Of a DNA stretch of 64,000 nt, positions 37,901 through 48,699 are shown piece after piece. Location: positions 9,280,283 through 9,344,282 of the forward strand of contig OZ316892.1 in assembly GCA_973895155.1 (NCBI GenBank), in the 5' to 3' direction. The position numbers and the translations under genes were made by a program. This DNA is from Marsupella aquatica. Its lineage: Eukaryota; Plantae; Marchantiophyta. Every line of letters starts with the position of its first letter. The first letter of the stretch is position 1. Below the pieces are notes generated by a model. The model was not told the DNA's origin. It did not search any database and saw only the letters and a list, made by a program, of their open reading frames with translations.

Positions 37901-38838
37901 TCGCGAATAGATGCATCACTCTCTGCTGAGCTACCATCCTCTATAGATCTCCTTGATGCATTTAGAGGGGCACTGAATAGACGACTATAACTATTCTCTT
38001 CGACAGCTCCTTCTAAACATTCAGACACAACTTGTGCTATTATATCGGATTCTCTATCTCCTTCCTCATCTTCGTCCTCCGATGCACTCGACTCATCTAA
38101 AAACACAATTGGACTCCGTGGCTCTCTATACATAACCCGAACGCCACTAAGACCTCTCCTCGATACTTGGAGCCTGGAACCAATGACAGTCCGCCCTTGA
38201 GAACTTGGAGATTCTGGATTTGCACGTGCAGTCCCAATGACTCCGCGAGCTGCTGGAAATTTGAGCACTTGTTCACCACAATTCCCACGGACCATTCGAG
38301 AAAGGGCCAAGTCTAGACTTTGCAGTCCGATTCCTTCGCTTGCTCGCACATCCAGTCCAGGCAATGCAAAGACCGATCGCCGTATCGGTCTTTGTATATC
38401 TGTGTCCCGATCCTCACCCGAAGACTGAAAGATCCGTCATTGAACTTGTGTTGAATGTGGCGACTTGAATGCCAACTGCGATATGCGTATCGGTCGCCGG
38501 ATATCCTCTCCATAACCCGGAATGGATGGCCTGAATCGACGTCTCGGACCTAAACCTGGGATTGAAAGTTTCTCATTTCTTGGCGATGGAACGCTCAAGA
38601 GACGACGCTTCTCAGGTTTACTAGGCGACACATAGTAAGCACTGGGCTTAGGACCAGAACTTGCATCAGAATCTGAGTCAGAGATTTTGGGCACTATTTG
38701 CTGTGAGAGAGGTAGAGCTTTAAGTATGCAACTTGGCAAACAGCGAGCGACAAGATTAGGAGAGGATTCAACTGAATTGGAAGGTGAATTTGTGTCTGAT
38801 TGAGACATGGCTATCCGAGACACTATGGGGCTTTGCAT
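34955..38838 (-). pseudogene. Sola1/DUF7869-like DDD transposase
   Basis: Motifs CCDNYC, HLPDNWTK, FVRIWNKEFPRMRIPKRSRFYTCAPC, CIDGMDQKKTELPHF, LYLQLDNTARENKNKY, GFLLVGHTHDQIDQMFS. Intron 36809-36564. Lesions: in-frame TGA at 38437-38439, insertion at ~36983-37346 and a frameshift near 35508. Confidence 0.85.
36983..37346. mobile_element. ~360-bp insertion with imperfect near-terminal inverted repeats (MITE or small solo LTR) inside the transposase
   Basis: AAAGCAAGCTTGAGGGGTAC (37000-37019) versus GTACCCCTCGATCTTGCTTT (37318-37337), 18/20. It separates the WTKTE and SETLMRQEQGM parts of the transposase. No clear TSD. Confidence 0.55.
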
Positions 38839-39095
38839 TCCTCCCGCAATCTGGGAAAACGAAAGGCTCAACGGACAGAATGTTGCTCCAAGAACACAAC
38901 TCCCAAAACTCTACTCTCGATAATGACGCCAAAAAATTCTCGGCAGTGGCCCTTTTATAGTGTCTGTTGAGGGGTTGGCTCACGTGTCCACTTTTGATTG
39001 GCTGTCACCCTAAACGACAAAATAGCAGAAAAAGGTATATTTCTTGGATTTCCAATTTCATTCTCACACGTGCATCGTGGCAAAATTATATAGTT

Positions 39096-39300
39096 TTGAA
39101 ATTGAAGCGATAAATTTATCTGATGTTGGTATTGCAAAAGTGGTTCCTTCATATGGAAGTTGCAATTTGAAATTGAAGCAATAAATTTATCTGATGTTCG
39201 TATTGCAAAAGTGGTTCCTTCATATGGAAGTTGCAATTTTGAAATTGAAGCGATAAATTTATCTGATGTTGGTATTGCGAAGAGTTTTCTTCATATGGAT
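39096..39300 (+). repeat. ~72-bp tandem repeat x3, each copy carrying the palindromic motif, upstream of the transposase
   Basis: TTGAAATTGAAGC(G/A)ATAAATTTATCTGATGTT with motif starts at 39108, 39179 and 39251. Confidence 0.9.
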
Positions 39301-39959
39301 AGGAATTTTGAAATTTAACCGATGAACTGAAGGATCTTAGTATTGTCGACTAGTATTTTTGTCGCACGTTGTTTTTGCGATAATTTTATCGGACTGCGCA
39401 TTGTTGTTGAAAGAATGGCATGTTGACTATGGTCACTTGCGGAGGTAACTGCAAGGTAAGTTTGACGAACCGAGCAGTAATTCTTATCGACTGTGATGTA
39501 AAATATTTTTGGTAAATATCCAAAAACTGATAAAACTGAGATTAGGTCGGAGCTTTCATGGCTCAAATCCGGAGTCCGATACAGTTATTGCACTTGGCTC
39601 GAAACGTGGATATGGATTTATAGATAAGACCTTTCATATATCTTCGGAGAGCGTGAATATGAGGTTGAGGAGAAAGTTTTTTGGATCTAATTGTTCCTTG
39701 ATAATATGAATGTTTGTTAGCATGAATTTCATTGGTTTTGATCATTATTAAATTTGCTGTTTCAATCCAAACTCCGATACAAATTACATTATTTCCCCAA
39801 AAACGTGTTTTTGATGAAAAAAACTGCCAATTTCGTGAGATTCGGCGGACAATGAAAATACACTTCTCAGTTAGAGGAAATAGTTTTCGTTCGGTCCGAA
39901 ATTGTGTTTAAAAATACCCTTGCATTGTTCGCACGTCCTCCCTGTATTAGTAACACTAA

Positions 39960-42900
39960 GGTCCCAGGGCAATTTCATCCCGGTTGGTTGGACTCTGAAC
40001 TTCAAAGCACTCAGCTTTGATCTCCGGCCATTCTGGATTGCAAGTGAACGTGATGAAGAGATCTGGCGGGCGATATGTGCGTACCACAGCCATGGCATCC
40101 TGGTATGCTTGGGCTATACTACGTGCACTACCACCATAAGTTGAGGGTAGAATGAAAGTCTTGCCCAACTCACTTGCGCGGGCATCTCCCTCGTGCACGG
40201 CGTCTTGAAGGCCCGAATAAAGGTCCGTCCACAATTTTTGTTGATTGTTACGGATATACGTCAAGCATGTTTGATTGATGCATGCGTAGGCATCAACAAT
40301 GTATTGCTTGAGGAGCCGTCCACCATGAAGGAGCCAATCATCATTACATCGTGCATGAAGATGGTATGCAAAGTATTGCAGTTGGGTGACCTTCTTGGAT
40401 TTGTTACGTCCAGTCCTTGCCCCGACAACAGCTTGATGAAGAACCCCGTCACCCACTTCAAAACCCATCAACGGTCCGATATCATATGACCATCCGTCTT
40501 GGCCTTGCGGAAAAAGAAGAACATAGTGGAGTGGCGCATAAGACCTATGCCACTCAGAGATCCTACGCAATTGCCCATCTATTTGCCTAAGGATGATGTC
40601 CCTATGGCGGACTTCTATATCTTCATCACCCATTATGACAACGCCAATCTCATTGGCCGTGGCTTGTTATAATGCCTTGGTTCACTGTCGCGCTCAGCCA
40701 TGAGGTGTAAAGATACCTTTGGCACTTCGCCCCCCTCGATCCGACTTCCGGCATTCTTAAATAGATGCACATATGTTCATGCAACATGCCTTGTAGTTGA
40801 GCCAGTATGCTTGGATCCAAGTGAGGCATTTGGTTCAGCCTCCCTGGGCCCCCACTCTTAGGTAAAATGGGTCGGACGTGAGAACGATTCAAGGGTCGAT
40901 TTAATTCATGTTGAAGTAATTTTTAGAATTGGCTTGTAACTAAGCAACCCACTCTTTTATACAAATGTCACTTTCCAAATAAGGAAGAGCACTTGATATT
41001 CCGCTCCCATTTGTTTTTGGGAAGGGGGTATATAATCATCTCCGCCACACGGCATCATCTTAGTGGTACATGTGGCATCATCTAATAGGTACACATGTCT
41101 ATGCATTTTGGTATGCCGTTGTAAGTTGTGGCAGGGTTGTGGGGTTTAGGGTGGGTGTTTTGAACTACCTTGTGAGGAAACACATGGGGCAAATCCCTGC
41201 CCATTGGATCCGAGGGAGGGAAGATCTTTGAACAAAGAAAATGTAACTAATGAAGCCTATATAAAAATCCTCAAATCTGGATTCTATAATTATCTCAAGG
41301 ATATTAAGTATTGTCAAAATGTGTTTTTTTCTAAATAACAAGGCAAATTTTTATTGTTTCAAAAATAATAACAAGGGGTACTAGAGGGGGGTCCGTTCAC
41401 AGGGGGGTAGAGATTTTTTAGTGGGAGTGGGGGCCCAGGGTTCAGCCTGCAACAAAAACAATTAGAACCACTCAGGTTGGAGATATATGAAATATAGTTG
41501 AGCAAGATGGAAAAGCAAGTGGTCATGGGATCCAGGAGATGTACCTATTCCCAACTTCATTGGCGGTGTCATAAATGTACAATTGAGAAAATTTGGGTCC
41601 TTCTCCTGTAGGGGGCAAAAGGCTCCCTACAAGATGGTACAATGCTCCTTGGATACAAAAGGAGTACGGTCCTCGATTGTTATTGCGCTCAGACATCCAC
41701 TTTTGCACCAATGGAGGTAAACACCAAGGCATTGTTATAACCTCTTATGCTGTTGCAGAAATTCTTCCCAACATTGTCTTGCCTTGTAAGCAAGCTTCAC
41801 AGAGGCTCTAGTGGGGCACCCAAAGGAGGCAATTTAACCTTGCCATCCGCACAACATGCACTAAAAATGGGATTGTTTTCGGTGCCTTTTTTGCATTCCT
41901 CCAGCCAATGAAGTGCCCCATATATGCGGCACACCACGTCCATACGCCCCAAACAATGTCGGGCCAAGTGGGGATCCAACGGCCTTTGGGCCTTGGGAAG
42001 ACAATTGATTAGTTGTGCCCTCCGTCTTCGTCGCGCTATTTCCTCTTCGCTCTGCAATGCAGGTGTGACTGGTGGAGATGCCAAACTCTCCGCTTCAGAT
42101 GTAACATTGGGCACTACATCCGGTTCTCTTTCCTCACTTGACAACTCCAAGGTGCCCTCGACAAAAGTGTCAAATTCACCATCCCCATCATTGAGATAAT
42201 CTTCCTCGACGTCATATAATTACCCCATAGCATGTTCATCAAACCCGTCATCCACTGCCCCATTGATGAGCCACTCCTCATCAAACAAATGAGCTTGAGT
42301 GTGAGCTGCGTGCATTAGTTCCTCCGAAGGACAATCAATCCTCCCATCATCCAGAGCCCCAATAATAAGCCACTCCTCATCATAGAGGTAAGGTTCCGGC
42401 TGAACATGTGATGCTGCCTCATAGGATGTGTTGGAGGCTAACTCCAATGGAGGATGGTCAATCCCACTTTCATCCAAAGCACCTTGAATGAGCCATCCTT
42501 CATCGAATACATATATGTGGGTCATTGGGGACCATGGGTTGAAGGTCCGATGTGCTCGGATCACCAACACTACTGTTGGAAATTGCATGGGGTCTTTCCA
42601 ATGCTCATCCTTGGCCCCGAGCCTCATGACGGAGCTGTCTCCCACTGTTGACGCGAGCAACCAAGTCTGGTTGAGCGCGCGCTTCTGCCCGAACCCCATC
42701 AGTTGGAGCCCCCGTAACCCCTCCATTATTTCCAAGCACCCCATTTTGTTGTTGCCGACGCTACGCTTGCCTCTCCTAACACCGAGCTGCCAATACCTGG
42801 TCGGGAGGAGGCATGTTGGCAATGGTACCATCAGCAAAATAAAGCCCTAATTACTCCATGCTCCCATTTATAGTCCGTTGTCTGCATCCAACGCACATAT

Positions 42901-44444
42901 ATTGTAAGTCATCCAAATTTATATTAGTCATTCAAATTTACAATCATGCCCCATTCCAAGCTTGACAGACCCTAAGTAAGTTGAACGTCGGTTGGAGGAC
43001 GTGACCATTGCAAGAAACATGGGATATTAGAAGGAGCCCAATATCTGTCAAGGATACATCCTATAAGGGCCCCTTCATCCCACCCACCCACCCAACCTTG
43101 GTGACGTTCCTCCTGCTTCCAGGAGTTGTGCCTCTTGCCCCTAAACCCATGTTTGCTTACTTGGCTTTGGCTGCCCCAATGTCGAGACCCCTAAGTGGGG
43201 CAACGACATGGCTTGGCCGACTTTTCAGCGGCACAAATTTCCTACCCCTAGCATCCCCCAACCCCATTGGTAACCCCAAAGTTTTGGTGACTATAAGTTT
43301 TTTAACTTAAAGTTGTCGCGGCCGCTTACTTGGCTTTGGCCGCTCTAATGCCGAGACCCCTTGGGGCAACGACACGGCTTGGCCAACTTTTCAGCGGCAC
43401 AAATTTCCTACCCCTCGCATGGAATCCCTTTGGTAACCTCATCCATATTTACTCGGCTCCTTACTCGCCAACGCCATTCCCCCTTTGGGTGGTGGTGTGG
43501 TTAGTGTGACTTTCCAAAATGGACTTTTGAGCCCGGGCTTTTGAGAGGAGGTGGTCCCCTCATATATACTTCTGGGGACCTGCCACCCTCGGACCACAAT
43601 TGGTCCGCATATTTTGGCCCCCAACCGCAAGTGATCACTCTTTGGTCGTTGGCTGTCCAAGTGCGGGAGAAAGTCGAGCGTCAGGGCGTGGGTGTGGGTG
43701 TGGGTATGGCTGACTTGCATCATCCGTCATGCCTCGAGTCAAGGTGCAGACTCCAGTTGTGCGGCAGAGGGGGGTTGCAAGGCAAAAGGGGGTCGCCACG
43801 GCGACTTGGGCAGCCAGGAAGTGGGGTGCAGCAAGGCCAGCAGCAACGGCAGCCAGGGCATAGCGAGGGGCACAACTCATGGGACGAGGAGAGGGGTTGT
43901 GTCAGGGAGGGAGGGAGTCGGGTGTGGGAGGGAGGGGGTCGGGCGTGGGAGGCAGGGAGGCGCGCACTCGCGAGGCATGGCGCCACTCGCGAGGCAAGGC
44001 GAGGGAGTTGGGTGTGGGAGGGAGGGGTCAGGCGCGGGAGGGAGGGAGGCACTTGCGAGGCCAGGAGGGAGGGAGCCTGGTGTGAAACGCGAGTCGGCCG
44101 GGCCAAGGGCGTCGCGGCGGGAGAGCGCAGGCTCCACTGGTGGCCGCAACTCAATCGTGGTCCAGGCGTGTGCGGCGGCCGCTGGTCGTCGATTGTTGGG
44201 CCGGGCAAGGGTGTGGCAGGATGATTGTCGGGAGCACAGGGGTATGGTCGCGGCGAGGCAAGAAGACCATTTGGCGAGGCGAGGGCATAACATAGCGGCC
44301 AGAGTACTAAAGGGTGGCGTTTTTTTCCCTTTATTCCTTTTGCTTTTCACTGTTTCTGTTTTTTTCACTCGCCAAATTCAAAGGACGACCACAGCAAAAA
44401 AGGGCGCAACTGTGTATTATAGTTTAGGATATTATAGTTTAGGA
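39960..44444 (-). mobile_element. 5' part of a Helitron with a degenerate RepHel N-terminal/Rep region; helicase portion missing
   Basis: Motifs LGRMDVVC..YGALHW, FSACCADGKVKLP, GPYSFCIQGALYH, FSQLYIYDT, RDIILR...YAPLHYVLLFPQGQDGW, GRLLKQYIVDAY, ILPSTYGGSAR...YQDAMAVVR...PDLFITFTCNPEWPEI. The 5' end reads A|TCCTAAACTATAATATCCTAAACTATAATA on minus at 44444. Confidence 0.88.
40842..41440. mobile_element. 599-bp non-autonomous TIR element with perfect 16-bp TIRs and an 8-bp TSD
   Basis: CCCTGGGCCCCCACTC (40842-40857) and GAGTGGGGGCCCAGGG (41425-41440). TTCAGCCT at 40834-40841 and 41441-41448. Confidence 0.92.
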
Positions 44445-46005
44445 TTCAAAAGCCAAAGCGTCAATTCAATTTCATAAATATGGAGTACATAGCTACTATC
44501 AGAGCTGAATTGTTTCATTCCATTTTCAGTAATGCCTTACCTATGATATGGATCAGCCAGCCCTACAATACAGGCCGGATCACTATCAATACGATGAGCA
44601 AGCACACTAAGAAGGACTTGAACTGAAAGGTCTTTTCGTCATGCCGTTAAGTCTCACATCTTAGATCTGAAATATAGAGGGAGGATGTGTAGTTATCCCT
44701 TTCGAACTGCGCGAGCACCCAATCGTCGTTTCGTTGTGTGATCCGACCGGGGGACCCGCCCGGGACCGGTTAGAGACAACAGTGGCGCGTTCAGAGCTGA
44801 TGCTCTGGATGACAACGCTGATCGCTTTGACTTTTGGACAGACGCTGGCGCTCTGGATGACAACTGTGATCCTTTTCGTTTTCCCACAGACGCTGATGCG
44901 TTTCTTACTGGGGTCTGCACATTAGTCTGCTCTCGAACACATTCTAGAGCCAGTAAAGATGACAAGGAGGGAGCGCTCCAATCCCCCGACTCAAACTCAC
45001 TTGCACCTCTGGTTGCAACCAATGCGCGTGAGTCTTGTTGGCTTATTTGCTTTGTGGCCTCTCCGGAGAAGCTTCTGACTGAGTTGTTCCTTGTCGATGG
45101 TTTGAAAGCTGGTTTCGATGGAAACAGACTCAAGAGCTTTGCTTTTACTTTCCGTTGATGTAACCCGTTGCTCCCGAAAGCAGTATACGGGATCTTTTCA
45201 AGAGTGAATGGAATGGAGCTGCCACAAATGAAAGGTTGATGTCCGGGATCCATTGCGATAGTTTCTTATCGTGCGGACTATCCTGCAAAACATCCCGGAC
45301 CACGACTAATGAGTTAGAAACAGAGGCGCGCTCTTTGCAAAATTGTGAGAACCTCATATGTTTTCTCGGTGAGAGAAAACTCAATCCAAATTTTAATCCT
45401 GATCGAATGTCGGTCCTAATATACTGTTGAGTAATAAAGTAACGTACTATGTCCTTGAGACACTCTGAATTAGAAGCGGGATTAGAAGCATCGGTGCCTG
45501 GCTTAATTGTGAGGATAAGCTATATAATACAATTTAAAGTCCATACCATAATCCATGCATTCAACTAGCTTGCAGGTCCGATATTACTAAACTACAACAA
45601 CACACCGAGATTGGCCTGGATTGTGGGAAACGAGGTTACTGTGATCGATCAGCAATGACTGATACGACTCAGAAGAGGACAGGAAAGATAGGGTCCGGCT
45701 ATCCAGCTTGAGTCAGGTGCTGCGTAATACCTGCTGGGTTACATGTTGAGTGCATATGTGGTGGATAACCAAGGGCCGGCCCTTGAGGTCCCAAACCTTA
45801 AAAACTGAATACAACCAAAAAAACAAACTTTAGGATTGGTAAGGTCAGGAAACTCAAGGGCCGCCCACAGGCAATAAGGCCCAGAGTATCACAAAATGCA
45901 GCGCCCTTGATTATCAAAATTGGTGAGCCCACATGACATTCAACATTTCCAGTCGCCCTTGGTTGTTTCTAGGGTTACATTGCGCCTCAGTCCTCTGATG
46001 CATGC

Positions 46006-46014
46006 TATAAATAC
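46006..46014 (+). promoter_or_regulatory. Candidate TATA box of the SPH-like gene
   Basis: CTATAAATA upstream of probable 5' UTR exons and an acceptor (CTGCAG at ~47080) just before the ATG. Confidence 0.35.
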
Positions 46015-47098
46015 CTCCCTCTGGATCTGTTCACTGGGAAATTAATGCTTGAGCCTCACTTCAGACATATTGTGTTCTTTGGCAGAAACTACATCACGAT
46101 CAGCGGTGGCCTTGCTCTCCCTCAAGCTCTCTCGATCTCAGCGGTGGCCGGCCTTGCTCCCGATCTGTTCAGTGGGAGACGTAAAAGGTTAAGCCTGACT
46201 TGAGACTGTTCTTTGCCAGATCGATCGAACCTATAGCTGGTGGCCTTGCTGCCAACCAAGCTCACTTCCGAAAACAAAGTTATTTCAGGTGCCCTAAAAC
46301 TGGATCTTTCCCAACTCAGTGGTTTTCAGAGGGATCTCAGAACGGCGGACTGGTCTCGCCCTAGCTACTAGCCACTCTTGTGGCAGATGCGACCCATACA
46401 TTCTTCCCCAAAACAGAACTCCAACCAAAGGCCACCACCTGTTATCCAAGTAACTAATCTAGTCTTATCCTCCGTCCACCCTGGAGGGTCGGAGTCACTT
46501 GGATGTATCTACACGCCTCCACTGTCCATTCTTCCGTTGTAAGCTTAATTAACCTGAATCCCCTCTTGATCCACTTGTCAGACTCTCTCACTCCCCCATC
46601 TGGTAGTACCTCAAAAATCCAACCAGTAATTAAGTGGCCACCACTTGTAGTCCTAGTCACTAGCTAGCCAGCCAATAGTACCCTTCGGCAACCGGGTCGG
46701 AAACGGGGGTGGAGCTGAATGGACAAACCCGTTATTCCATCTGGAGTCAACTGTTAGCCCCTCACCGGTCGATCAGTACCGATCGATTAAAGGCTGGTGG
46801 CTGGCATTACCTGTTGCTTGTGCTGACAGCTGAACGCCACGCTGGACTGCCCAGAACGTGCGCTCTATTGCTCATATCCAAATTTCCTGCCAGTAAGACT
46901 CGATCCTACATATGTATATAAGCACTACCTTGGTCTGCAGACAGTCAGATCGATGTCTGTTCTTCTCTCACTCTGTCCCTTCGATTCTCTTAGCACCTCC
47001 TTAATTTCTCGTTGCCTTCCTGCGCAGTCCCGTTTCATATTGTTAGACTTGGCAACACTTTGAGGTTGGTTCTCTCTGCAGAAACAGGCGAAGACGCG

Positions 47099-48145
47099 AT
47101 GGCGAACTATGCATCTCTCTGCCTCCTGGTTCTGGCAATCTTTGCACAGTGTGTGCTGGGCCAGATCGGACATACCTATGTACACAACAGTGCTAGCTTC
47201 GACGTTACACATGCGAAACAAGTTACACACGCCGACGGCTCTGAAACAATCGTCACCGAGTCTATACTGGCGCAGGGCACCACGCAAGTGTTCCAAATTC
47301 CTGTGGACGTGACATGTGTTCGCACTTCGTGAGTTAGCTTAACTTCTCATCTTCTTGGTTAATTTTGGTCCTTACCTTCTGCACTCATTTCATGCCATTT
47401 ACGAAACCTCTATATCGATCTATATTTACGTATTGACGGCGATACGTACTGTCACTTTGCCTGAGACATACTTTAACCACTACCTTTGCTAGTTTTTCTC
47501 CTTGTGTATTCAATTCCTTGACAACATTAACAGTCAATTATATATAAGTAATGACAGTGTCGTTATCACTTTGCCTGAGTTGGCAGTACTACTTGATCGA
47601 ACTGACCTTTCTCCAGTCAGTGTAACAACGATCAAGTCTTCCCGTAGCTTCTGCTCTGATTCTCAGTTGCGGCCTAGCAGATGCTTGTTACCTTGAACGT
47701 ACTTGCAGATGAACTAGCTGGCCGGAGTCGATCTTCTCAGTTTCGTCTATATTTAAGCCTGTATATCAGTACAATTCAACGGTTCAGTGAATACCATTAG
47801 CGTCTCTAACTATTGCTATGCTGGGTGTTTTCAAAGGAACGTTTTTTGTCTGAATAGAGTTCTCAATTAATTAGTGTTTTTGAGCCTCTAAATTTTCCAT
47901 CATCCTCTGCCATGCATTCTACACTTTGCTTGACACGGCCCTTGAACTGATGGTGCAGGTATTATCAGCTGCCAGCCAAAAACGCCAGTGAGGTCATACT
48001 CGATTGGTGCGACGCAGGCATGCCGGTTCCTTGTTCGCCAGATTGTTTCTGGGTAATCGATGACACCGGATTCTCAGTCGCAAATTCTAAATATGGCTTT
48101 CTGGAATTTGTTGCTGCTTGGAACTCGATCGGTGAGCTCCTTTAG
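47099..48145 (+). CDS. Small secreted protein, 138 aa, S-protein-homolog (SPH / self-incompatibility S1)-like; exons 47099-47328 and 47959-48145
   Basis: Signal peptide MANYASLCLLVLAIFAQCVLG. The GT-AG intron joins in frame (RTS-YYQL). The C-terminus CSPDCFWVIDDTGF...FVAAW resembles the SPH CxWxxxxxG...W pattern. Confidence 0.65.
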
Positions 48146-48699
48146 CTGTACTCTAAGAAGGAACACGGGCGTATGCATACTGGATTGGTTGGTAGGAGAG
48201 TTTCAGTTGATCTGATAGATATATCAGATGGGTAAGCCCTCATTTGTTTTAGAGAGGTTGTGTATATATGAGTTACCAATGACACATCTGAGCTAGGAAC
48301 AGAAAACTGAATCAGAAACCTAGTTCAGAAAACAGAAACCTAGTTCAGAGTTCGACAATAAAATAACCATTCCACTGAACGTAAGACTTCGATATCGCGA
48401 TGTATCATGAATTAATCACCCAGTAGACCTTGGTTGAGGGATTAATGAATGATGCTGCAATTGATATGCATGCTTCTCTATTGCATGGCATGCTTTCTTG
48501 GTGTCTCACATTGACATATATATATGTTATTCATCATGCAATAATTCATATATGCCCCTTCGACACCCTGGTTGATAATAACTCTGATCTCTTAATATTG
48601 CCATATATGTTTATATGCCGTCGATGGCCCTTAGTTGCCCATCGATCCCGCTTGCCTGAAGGCTTTATGCTGACCTAATTAAGGTCTGGAGTAGTGGAG

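Larger units (their letters stand above)
28236..39391. repeat. Dispersed 14-bp palindrome CGATAAATTTATCG, ~23 copies
   Basis: Perfect copies at 28236, 28329, 28405, 29801, 34669, 34728 and 36623. Variants at 28461, 28554, 30920, 31007, 32069, 32137, 33292, 33367, 33442, 34795, 36681, 36768, 39108, 39179, 39251 and 39378. Confidence 0.92.
27790..39944. mobile_element. ~12-kb Sola1/DUF7869-like DNA transposon with cargo (F-box-like ORF, small ORFs, ParB-methyltransferase); the exact termini are uncertain
   Basis: Inverted match AACACGATTTCGGACCGA (27790-27807) versus TCGGTCCGAAATTGTGTT (39891-39908), 17/18. Transposase at 34955-38838. The CGATAAATTTATCG motif is seen only inside this interval. 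No TSD identified. Confidence 0.7.

Noticed and set aside
43541-44477. Several overlapping 160-260-aa ORFs
   Set aside because: GC-rich low-complexity Helitron 5' region with stop-poor frames on both strands and no domain motifs.
44693-45384. Possible gene remnant (two overlapping minus-strand ORFs)
   Set aside because: No recognisable domain or supported exon structure; too weak to call.
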